Below are positions 21,953 through 30,600 of a DNA stretch of 32,000 nt, piece after piece. Made by a program: the position numbers and the translations under genes. Below the pieces are notes generated by a model. That model worked only from the letters and a program-made list of their open reading frames with translations, searched no databases and had not been told where the DNA came from. Each line of letters opens with the position of its first letter. Within the stretch, counting starts at the first letter, position 1. This DNA comes from Mucisphaera calidilacus (GTDB lineage Bacteria > Planctomycetota > Phycisphaerae > Phycisphaerales > Phycisphaeraceae): the NCBI RefSeq assembly GCF_007748075.1, contig NZ_CP036280.1, forward strand, positions 60,001 to 92,000, read 5' to 3'.

Positions 21953-22816
21953 TTACGGTGTGGCGGGTCCGGCGTCCTGCGTGGCGGGTTCGGCGACGGC
22001 GGGCTCGGCCGCTGCGTCGTCGGCCGCTGCTGCCGGCGCTTCCTGATCGGCGGAGAACTGGGCCCGCTTGCTGCGGCGGCGGGGCTGCTCCGAGGAGCCC
22101 TCGGCGGCCTCCGGGTCCTTCTGGGTGGCGGCGGCGCGGTTGTGCTTGCCCTCGGCGATGGCCTTGGTCAGGTTGGAAACGACGACCTCGATGGCACGCA
22201 TGGCGTCGTCGTTGCCGGGGATGGGGATGTCGGCGAACTCGGGGTCGGCGTCGGTGTCGATGAGGCAGACGGTGGGGATGCCGAGTTTGCGGGCTTCCTT
22301 GACGGCGTTGAGTTCGGCGTTGACGTCGACGACGACCATGGCCCCGGGGAGCTTGGTCATGTTGCGGATGCCCTCGAGGTTGCGGAGGATCTTGGTCTTC
22401 TCGCGTCGGAGCTGGGACTCCATCTTCTTGGAGTATTTGTCGATGTCGCCTGACTCTTCGAGTCGTTCGAGTTCTTCGAGTCGCTTGAGGCGTTCACGGA
22501 TGGTGCGGAAGTTGGTGAGCGTGCCGCCGAGCCATCGCTCGGTGACGTAGTGCATGCCGACCTCGGTGACGTACTTTTCGACGATGGCGCGTGCCTGCCG
22601 CTTGGTGGCGACAAAGAGGACGTCCTTGCCGTCGGCGACGGTCTGCGTGAGGAACTTGCGCGCCAGCAGGAGGCCCTTGATGGTCTCCTTCACATCGATG
22701 ATGTGCATCTTCTGACGTTTGCCGAAGATGTAGGGGGCCATCTTCGGGTTCCAGTGGGTCGAGCGGCTGCCGAAGTGGATCCCGGCCTCCACCAGATCCT
22801 TGACGAGTGACGCCAT
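21953..22816 (-). CDS. rpsB: 30S ribosomal protein S2 (with an Ala/acidic-rich C-terminal tail)
   Basis: MASLVKDLVEAGIHFGSRSTHWNPKMAPYIFGKRQKMHIIDV is the canonical S2 N-terminus. AGGAG lies 6 nt upstream of the ATG. Confidence 0.95.
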   Translation of the reverse strand: MASLVKDLVEAGIHFGSRSTHWNPKMAPYIFGKRQKMHIIDVKETIKGLLLARKFLTQTVADGKDVLFVATKRQARAIVEKYVTEVGMHYVTERWLGGTLTNFRTIRERLKRLEELERLEESGDIDKYSKKMESQLRREKTKILRNLEGIRNMTKLPGAMVVVDVNAELNAVKEARKLGIPTVCLIDTDADPEFADIPIPGNDDAMRAIEVVVSNLTKAIAEGKHNRAAATQKDPEAAEGSSEQPRRRSKRAQFSADQEAPAAAADDAAAEPAVAEPATQDAGPATP

Positions 22817-23084
22817 AGTGTGCTCCTGGGCGAAAGCCCTGATCGATCGATGCTCCCGTGCGTACCAGTACGGCGGGAGAGCCGCTCGGGGTGGGTTGAC
22901 CCCGTCACAACACCGGTGCGGCGTCCGGTTTCGTATACGTCCGTTCCGTTGGTCGGTCGCTGAGATCGCGATCCGTGCCTGCAGCGAATCCGTTCGCCGG
23001 ATCGCTCATCGTAAACGCAGGTGGCATCAACTGCAAGCGAGCGGCCGGGTGGCGGGACGGAGAATCGGTGTCGGGGTAGCCGGG

Positions 23085-24395
23085 TCAGGCGGCGGGGGGG
23101 GCATCGGGGTCGGCGTCGGGTTCGGAATCGGTGTCCTGGTCCTTCATCTTCTCGAGCAGCCACTGGTGTTCGCCGTACTTGTAGGCGGTGACCATGATGA
23201 AGGCGTAGAGGACGATGAAGGCGGCGAGGGCGTAGCGCCAGCGGATCTCGTAGGCGACCATGGCGCAGCCGATGGCGGCGAAGGAGGCGGCGGCGAGATA
23301 CATGACGAGGACGGCCTGCTTCACGGAGAGGCCGGCGCGTCGGAGCAGGTGGTGGATGTGCTGGGAATCGGGGCTGAAGAGGGGCTGGCCGCGCATTTTT
23401 CGGCGGAAGATGGCCAGCGAGGTGTCGGTGATGGGGACGGCGAAGGTGATCAGCGAGGCGGTCACGAGGAGCAGGGCCTTGCCGGGGACGGTGGCGAACA
23501 TGAGGATCGTGGCGATGCAGAGGTAGCCGAGCAGCAGGGAGCCGGCGTCGCCCATGAAGATGGTGGCGGGGTTGAAGTTGTAGGGCAGGAAGCCGAGGAC
23601 GGCCCCGATGATGGCGAGGCACATGACGATGCGGATCGGGTGAGAGAGGACGCCCTCGGCGACGATCTGGGCGTCCTGGGTCTGGAGGGCGACAAGGGCG
23701 GCGATGATCAGAAAGCCGGTGGCGGAGATGACGGTGACGCCGCCGGCGAGGCCGTCGAGGCCGTCGATGAGGTTCAGGGCGTTGCAGGCGCCCAGGACGA
23801 GGAAGGCGATGAGCGCGGCGCCGAGCCAGTACTCGAGCCCGTAGGGCGCGGTCATGATGGCGTCGGGGATGGGGAAGGCGAAGCCGGTGGTCTGTTCGGT
23901 GGCGACGGTGAGTTCGTGGACGATCTGGGTGCCGACGTTCTCGTGGGCGAGCATGGCGGCTCCGAAGAGCTGGCCGGCGACCTTGATGCGCGGGCTGAGG
24001 GAGTAGACGTCGTCGATGAGCCCGGTCAGGCAGATGATGCCGGCGCCGAAGATGACCCACCCGGGGAAGTTGACGTAGGAGAGGCTGACGAGGGTCATGG
24101 ACTCGTGGGGCTCGGTGAAGTAGCCCATGAAGACGCCCGCGAGCCATCCGAAGAAGATGGCGACCCCGCCGAGGTAGGCGACGGCCTGGATGTGGTTCTT
24201 GCGGACGAGGTCGGGCTTGTCGACGACGTTGTTGTGGGTCGCGAGGCTGCGCATGATCGGGGTGAGGATCAGCGCGACGATGAAGGCGACGAAGAAGACG
24301 GGCATGTAGGGGGCGATGACCTCGGAGAAGGTCAGGGTGTTCTCCGGGGCGAGTGTGGCGGCCGGGGCGTCCTGGGCGATCAGGCTGATCATCAC
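23085..24395 (-). CDS. glycosyltransferase family 4 polyprenyl-phosphate sugar-1-phosphate transferase (WecA/MraY superfamily)
   Basis: Multi-pass membrane protein with the motifs LIDDVYSLSPRIK, NALNLIDGLDGLAGG and IFMGDAGSLLLGY. The start is either GTG at 24395 (GTGA overlap with the epimerase stop) or ATG at 24392. Confidence 0.85.
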   Translation of the reverse strand: MMISLIAQDAPAATLAPENTLTFSEVIAPYMPVFFVAFIVALILTPIMRSLATHNNVVDKPDLVRKNHIQAVAYLGGVAIFFGWLAGVFMGYFTEPHESMTLVSLSYVNFPGWVIFGAGIICLTGLIDDVYSLSPRIKVAGQLFGAAMLAHENVGTQIVHELTVATEQTTGFAFPIPDAIMTAPYGLEYWLGAALIAFLVLGACNALNLIDGLDGLAGGVTVISATGFLIIAALVALQTQDAQIVAEGVLSHPIRIVMCLAIIGAVLGFLPYNFNPATIFMGDAGSLLLGYLCIATILMFATVPGKALLLVTASLITFAVPITDTSLAIFRRKMRGQPLFSPDSQHIHHLLRRAGLSVKQAVLVMYLAAASFAAIGCAMVAYEIRWRYALAAFIVLYAFIMVTAYKYGEHQWLLEKMKDQDTDSEPDADPDAPPAA

Positions 24396-25396
24396 TTCTT
24401 CTCCACGGTGGTGACCTCTTGGGTGCTGTTCTCGGCCTGTCGGACCAGTTCACGGATGGTCTGTTCGAGGGTGTAGCGGGGCCGGAAGCCGATGGCCTCG
24501 CGGAGCCGCTGGGTGCTGGGGGCCCGTTGGGGTGTTTCTTCGAAGCCGGGGGGGTAGGCCTGCTCGTAGGGGACGAACTCGATGTCCGAACCGGACTCGG
24601 CGAGTCGGACGACGAGGTCGGCGAGTTGGCGGATGGTGATCTCGTTCTCGCTGCCGAGGTTGTAGGTGCGGCCGTGGGTCTCGGGCGTGGTGACGAGGGC
24701 GATCATGGCATCGACCACGTCGCGGACGTCGCAGAAGGCCCGGGTCTGGTTGCCGTCGCCGAAGACCCGGAGCGGCTGGTTGTTCACGGCGCGCTCGACG
24801 AAGCGGGGGACGACCATGCCGTAGTGCCCGACCTGCCGGGGGCCGATGGTGTTGAAGAGGCGGACGATCACGGCGGAGAGGTCGCGTTGGCGGACGGCGT
24901 CGAGGACGAGGTGTTCGTCGAGGGCCTTGGCCATGCCGTAGGCCCAGCGTGAGGAGGTGGTGGGGCCGAAGACGAGGTCGCCTTGTTCGGTGAGGGGCAG
25001 GTTTTCGGATCGCCCGTAGACCTCGGAGGAGGAGGCGACGAGGAGGGTGGCGTTGTGTCGGGTGGCGGCGTCGACGATGCGTGCGGTCTCGTCGACGTTG
25101 TTGCGGATCATGCCGGTGGGGTCTTCGAGGACCTTCTGGACGCCAACGGAGGCGGCGAGGTGGAAGACGGCGTCGGCGTGGTCCCAGAGTGCTTGGTCGT
25201 GGTCGTGGTCGAGGGCGTCGGCGGCGTCGGCCTGGGTGAGGGTGCAGCGGTCGCCGAGGAGGTGGTTGATGTTCTCGGCGCGTCCGGTGGAGAGGTTGTC
25301 GAGGATGCGGACGTCCCAGCCCTCGCGGAGGAGGGCTTCGGCGAGGTGGGAGCCGATGAAGCCGGCCCCGCCGGTGATGATCGCGGTGGCCGCCAC
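24392..25396 (-). CDS. NAD-dependent epimerase/dehydratase (extended SDR, nucleotide-sugar modifying)
   Basis: GTG start. TGGAGFIGSHL Rossmann motif, SSSEVYG and YGMAK (YxxxK) catalytic motifs. Confidence 0.85.
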   Translation of the reverse strand: MAATAIITGGAGFIGSHLAEALLREGWDVRILDNLSTGRAENINHLLGDRCTLTQADAADALDHDHDQALWDHADAVFHLAASVGVQKVLEDPTGMIRNNVDETARIVDAATRHNATLLVASSSEVYGRSENLPLTEQGDLVFGPTTSSRWAYGMAKALDEHLVLDAVRQRDLSAVIVRLFNTIGPRQVGHYGMVVPRFVERAVNNQPLRVFGDGNQTRAFCDVRDVVDAMIALVTTPETHGRTYNLGSENEITIRQLADLVVRLAESGSDIEFVPYEQAYPPGFEETPQRAPSTQRLREAIGFRPRYTLEQTIRELVRQAENSTQEVTTVEKK

Positions 25397-25425
25397 GGGG
25401 GATTCCTGGGGGTGGGTGGTGGTAC

Positions 25426-27612
25426 TCAGGCCGAGAGTCGTTCGGTGCCCGAGGTGCCCTGGTAGTCGTAGTAGGCCTTGTAGTTCTTCCGGAAGTAGCC
25501 GCCTGCGGAGGACTGGACCCAGTTGAGGATGATGCCCAGGACCTGAGCCTTGCCGGTCTCGAGCTGGCGGATCATGCGGTCGGCCATGCCGCGCTTGTCG
25601 GCGCCGGCTCGGAGGACGACGGCGACGGCGTCGACCGATCGTGCCATGAGCTGGCTGTCGGAGCTGAGCAGGGCGGGGGGTGCGTCGAGGATGATGAGGT
25701 CGTAGGAGGCCTTGAGCTGTTCGATGAGGTTGGCGAAGTTCTGGCCGTCGAAGAGGTCGGAGACGGTGCCGGTGATCTTGCCGGCGGTGACGACGTCGAG
25801 GCCGGAGGCGTCGAGTTTGGTGGTGACGTTTTCGATGGGCGTTTCGCCTCGGAGGACGTTGGCCAGGCCCATGTCGGTGTCGAGACCGAGCAGGGCGGCG
25901 AGGTGCGGCCTGCGGAAGTTGGCTTCGAGCAGGATGACCCTGCGGTGGTTCTGGGCGAGGCTGGTGGCGAGGTTGTGGGCGATGGTGGTGGTGCCGGCGC
26001 TGGCCTGAGGCGAGGTCATGAGCAGGCTCTTGTGGTCGGCCTGCTCCATGCGGCCGAGCAGGGCGGTGCGGACCTGCCGGAACTGTTCGGTGATCAGCCC
26101 GTTGGCGTCGCGTTCGACGACGCGGTCGATGGTGCCCGAGCCGGAGAGGTCCTCGGTGGCGTCGGGGAGCATGCCCAGGAGGTTGCCGCGGGTGAGCATG
26201 CGGACGTCGGTGGGCGAGAGGACGCGCTGGTCGAGGAGCTCGCGGACGAAGATCACGCCGGTGATCAGGCCGAGCAGGGCGATGGTGACGCCCGGGACGA
26301 TGACGATGAAGCGGGGGAAGGTAAGTTCGGCTTCGCTGGGCCGGGTGATCTGGATGAACTGGAGGCGTGCCTCGATGAGGCTCTGGTTGACGGCGATCTG
26401 GCTGATGTTGCTCTGGACGTCGACGAGTCTTGCCTGCTGGCGGTCGAGGTCTTTCTCGAGCTGGTCGTAGCGGGCCAGGCGGTCGGTGAGGTCGATCATC
26501 TTGCGGGAGGCTTCTTCCATGCGGGGCATGAGGCCCTCGATGGTCCCGCGGATGGACTCGACGATCTTGCTGGCGGACTCGAGGCGTCCGGCCTGCATCT
26601 CGCGAGCGAGCCGGTTCTTCTCGATGTCCTTTTCCTGTTCCAGGGCGGTGATCTGGGCGTCGATGAGCTTGATCTGGGGGTGGGAGTCGCCGAAGCGCGA
26701 GAGCGCGGCGCGCTTGTTCTCGCGGAGCATGGTGATCTGCTGGGTCTGGCGGGCGATGTTGGGGGTCTGCTCGAGTTCGGCTTCGAGGTCGGGGGTGATC
26801 TGGACCTGCCCCTGACTCTGGGCCTCGGCGAGCTGCTCGTACTGGGCGGTGGCCTGTTCGAGGTTGAGCTTGAGCTCGGTGATCTGGGAGTTGAGGATGT
26901 CGAACTCCTGGGCGGCGGCGTTGCCGTCGCGGCGGAGGGATTCGATGTTCTCGTTGGTGAGGAAGGTACTGCGCTGGCGTTCGAGGCGGTCGATGTCTTC
27001 CTGGAGGCGTTGTTCCTGGGTGCGCAGCGCGGTGAGGGCCTGGTTGTCGTTCTGGCCGCGCTCGATGCGCTGGATGTTCTCGTAGGCGTCGGCGACGGCG
27101 TCGACGATCGGCCCGGCTTCCTCGGGGATGCGTGTCCAGACGCCCAGCTCGATGAGCTTGGTGTTGCGTCGGGTGGTGATGACGATGTGCTCGTTTGCGA
27201 GGGCCCGGCGGGCGTCTTCGGGGGTCTCGAACTGCTGGTACCAGTTGGTGCTCTGGACGGAGGGCTGCTCGATGACGCGTTGCAACAGCTCGTCGTTGGT
27301 GAGGAAGGGGATCTGGGAGTTGATGTCCATCTCGATCGCCTGCGTGGCGCGGTTGCCTTCCTGGCCGACCTCGGTGGCGTCGGTGGCGGGAGCCTGGTAG
27401 CGCAGGAGGACGGTCGAGGTGAACTGAGGCGACGAGGACTTGAGGATGAACCAGAGGATCAGCCCGACGACGATGCCGATGCCGCCGGCGATAACCAGGG
27501 GCAGGACGTTGGCGCGGAGGACGCGCACCGGGTCGATGGGACGGAAGCGCAGCGAGGCGGGTTGTTGCGTTGGCTGCTGGGGTGTGGTGCTTCCGAGTGG
27601 GTTTGCGTTCAT
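25426..27612 (-). CDS. Wzc/Wzz-type polysaccharide co-polymerase with a BY-kinase-like C-terminal domain whose Walker A lacks the lysine
   Basis: N-terminal TM segment, a long coiled-coil periplasmic region, then a second TM segment (FIVIVPGVTIALLGLITGVIFV). The cytoplasmic domain has SPQASAGTTT at the Walker A position (GKT expected), ILLEANFRRP at Walker A', and an intact IILDAPP Walker B. The C-terminal Tyr cluster is YFRKNYKAYYDY. Confidence 0.8.
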   Translation of the reverse strand: MNANPLGSTTPQQPTQQPASLRFRPIDPVRVLRANVLPLVIAGGIGIVVGLILWFILKSSSPQFTSTVLLRYQAPATDATEVGQEGNRATQAIEMDINSQIPFLTNDELLQRVIEQPSVQSTNWYQQFETPEDARRALANEHIVITTRRNTKLIELGVWTRIPEEAGPIVDAVADAYENIQRIERGQNDNQALTALRTQEQRLQEDIDRLERQRSTFLTNENIESLRRDGNAAAQEFDILNSQITELKLNLEQATAQYEQLAEAQSQGQVQITPDLEAELEQTPNIARQTQQITMLRENKRAALSRFGDSHPQIKLIDAQITALEQEKDIEKNRLAREMQAGRLESASKIVESIRGTIEGLMPRMEEASRKMIDLTDRLARYDQLEKDLDRQQARLVDVQSNISQIAVNQSLIEARLQFIQITRPSEAELTFPRFIVIVPGVTIALLGLITGVIFVRELLDQRVLSPTDVRMLTRGNLLGMLPDATEDLSGSGTIDRVVERDANGLITEQFRQVRTALLGRMEQADHKSLLMTSPQASAGTTTIAHNLATSLAQNHRRVILLEANFRRPHLAALLGLDTDMGLANVLRGETPIENVTTKLDASGLDVVTAGKITGTVSDLFDGQNFANLIEQLKASYDLIILDAPPALLSSDSQLMARSVDAVAVVLRAGADKRGMADRMIRQLETGKAQVLGIILNWVQSSAGGYFRKNYKAYYDYQGTSGTERLSA

Positions 27613-27630
27613 GGTGAAATTCCTGAGTTA

Positions 27631-30600
27631 TCAGCCCTGCTGGAGCGTCTTGAGACGCTGCTGTGCCTTTTCGAGCGTTTCATCGTCGCCCTCGGTCTGC
27701 GCGTCGCGGATGGCGTCTTCGAGGAGGTCCATGGCGGCGGCGGTGGAGCCGAGGTCGGTGAGGACGATGGCCAGATGATACTGATTCACGGGCAGACGGC
27801 TAAATGAGATGCTGCGCTCGAGGGTTCGTCGCGCCTCTTCGAGCTGCCCGTTCTGGTACTGGACCCAGCCGAGGGTGTCGAGGGTGTTGGCGTTCTGGGG
27901 CGCGAGGTTGACGGCCCGCTGGGCGAATTCGACGGCGGCGCTGGTCTCGCCGAGGTCGTTGCCCAGGAGATAGGCGAGGTTGTTGAGCGTCAGGATGTCG
28001 CTGGGCGCGATCTCAAGGACTTTTTCGTAGGCGACGCGAGCGTCCTCGAAGGCCTCGGAGAGCTGGAGCGCCCGGCCGAGCAGGGTGAGCAGCTGGAAGC
28101 GGAGGCCCTGGTCGGCGGTCTCGACCTGTCCCTCGAGGGCGCGGAGTCGTGAGACGGCGTCGTCGTAGCGGCCGTCGTTGGTTTCGAGACGGGCGGCGGC
28201 GAGTTGCGACCAGAGCGGCTCGCGGGCCTGGGTGTTGTCGACGAGGAGGGTGATGGCGGTGGGGACGTCGAACGACTTCTGGACGCGGTCGGCGATGGCG
28301 TTCATCTCGCCATAGGACCGGGCGCGTTCCATGGCCTTGGCGAAGACGCGTTGGGCGGCCTCGCGCTGGCCGGTCTGGGCGAGGGCGGCGCCGCGGATGC
28401 CCTGGATGGTGGGGTCGTTGGCGGTGACGTTGGGGTTCTGGTCGATGAGCCGCAGCGCGAGGTCGGCGCGGTTGTTGTCGACCTGCAGCGCGAGCAGGGC
28501 GCGGATGTTGGCGGCGCTGGGGTCGATCTGGACGGCCTGGTTCAGGGCCTGAACGGCCTCGGGGAGACGGTTCTCGCGGACGGCGACGCGGGCGGCGTAG
28601 CGGAGCCAGCGGGTGTCGTTGGGGAAGGTCTCGATGCCGTCGTTCACGGTTGCTCGTGCGAGGGCGTAGTCGCCTGTGAGCATGTACATGGCGTAGAGCT
28701 TCTCGCGGGCCTGGACCTGGCGTGCGTCGCGGTTGAGGACGTTCTGCAGCTCGCGGATGGAGCCGTTGTAGTCGCCCGAGCGTTTGCGGATGTCCGAGAG
28801 CAGCAGGCGTGCCTGGATCTGCGTGGGGTCGAGGGTCAGGGCGCGGTCGAGGTCGACGAGGGCCGCGTCGGGCTGGTCGAAGCCGGTGAGATTGGCCCTG
28901 CGGACGAGGCCCGGGATGCTGTCGGGGTTGATGTCGAGGGCCTGGTTGACGTAGTCGAGGGCCAGTTCCCGGTCGCCTTCCTTGAGGGCGAGTTCGGACT
29001 TGAGCAGGATGATGGTGTCGGTCTGGTTGTCCTGGTTTTCGAGGAAGGCGCGGGCGTCCTCGTTGCGTTCGGCGCGGAGGTAGGACTCGACCAGCCGGAG
29101 CGTCACGGGTGCCTCGTCGGGGAAGGCCCGGTGGAGTTTCTCGTAGAGGGCGGTGGAGAGGTCGCTCTCGCCACGGCTAAAGAGCAGGGCGGCGAGTTCG
29201 CGGGACATGGGCATGCTGGCCGGGTCTTCGAGGGTGATGCCCTGCCGGTAGGCCTGGACGGCGGCGGGCAGGTCCTGCCGCTGGAGCCGGTAGCGGGCGA
29301 GGAGCTGGTAGTCCTGCGCGGCGACCTCGTTGCCGAGGGTCGCGATGTAGCGTTGGATCTCGCGTTCGCCCGCTTCGGCCTGCTCGTTGCGGAACAGGAC
29401 GTTGGCGAGGGTGGCGACGTTGGCGAGCTTCATGCCGTCGTCGGCGATGATCTGCTCGGCGAGGGTGATCGCCTCGTCCTTGCGGTCGTCGGTGGTGGAG
29501 AGCATGCTGGCGAGGGCGCGTTTGTTGGCGTAGTCGGCCGGCTCTTCCTCGGCGATGCGTTCGCGGGCCTCCATGGCGAGGTCGGCGCGGCCGTGCTGGG
29601 TCTCGTAGAGCAGGTAAAGGTTGCGGATGCCGGGGTCTTTGGGCTGGAGCTGGTAGGCCCGGCGGAGGTGTTCGAGGGCCTCGTCGGCGCGTCCCTGCTC
29701 GTTGCGGATGGCGGCGAGCAGCCGGAGGGCCTTGAGGTTGTTGCCGCGTTGGGAGAGGGCCTGGTCGAGCTCGGCGGCGGCCTGGTCGTAGAGCCCCTGC
29801 TGGCGGTAGATCTCGGCGAGGAGGGTGCGGATCTCGGGGTTGACGCGGTCGATCTCCAGGCCCTCGTTGAGCTCGACGGTCGCTTCCTCGTAGCGTTGCT
29901 GGGCGGCGAAGACGCGGGCGCGGAAGAACTTGCCCTGCACCTTGTCGAGGTTGCGCTGGCGTGCGACCTCGGCGACCTGCATGGCGCCGTCCCAGTCCTG
30001 CTGGATCATGGCGAAGTCGAACTTGAGCTCGACGACGGCGGGGTTGTCGGGTTCGAGTGCCTCGGCCTCGGCGATCGCCTCGCGGGCGTTCTCGATGTCG
30101 CGTTGGCGCATGGCGTTCTGGGCCTCGGCGCGGGCGCGGGCGAAGGGTGTGGTCTGGACGAGGCCGGAGACGACCTCGCTGAGGCTGGACTCGTCGATCA
30201 GGGCGCGGAGCACCTGGACGACCTTGGCGTCGCCACCCGAGGATTCGTAGGCATCGATGAGTTGGGTCTGCCGGGCCTCGTCTTCGAGCAGCGGGATGAG
30301 CTGGCCGAGGATCTGGGGGTTGTTGGGCGTGAGCGCGTTGGCTTCGAGCAGGGCGTCGCGGGCCTCGTCGTTGCGGTCGAGTGCCTTGAGCAGCCGGACG
30401 GCGATCATGCCGGGCGGCTGGTTGTTGGCGCGGGCGTTCTCGAGGAGCGGCTCGAGCGCGGCCTCCTTCTCGGCCCGGCTGCCATACTGAAGAACGATCT
30501 GGATCAGCGCGGTGCGTGCGAGGGTGTTCTCGGGGTCGCTGGCGAGGAGGTACTCGATGTGTCGGCGTGCGTCGGCGGGGTTCTGCTCGGCCAGGTAGAC

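Noticed and set aside
21953-22100. The Ala/Asp/Pro-rich C-terminal tail of S2 (about 45 extra residues), considered as a possible fused or overlapping gene.
   Set aside because: It is a continuous frame with the same codon bias and no internal start or RBS signal. Low-complexity C-terminal extensions of S2 are common in high-GC bacteria.
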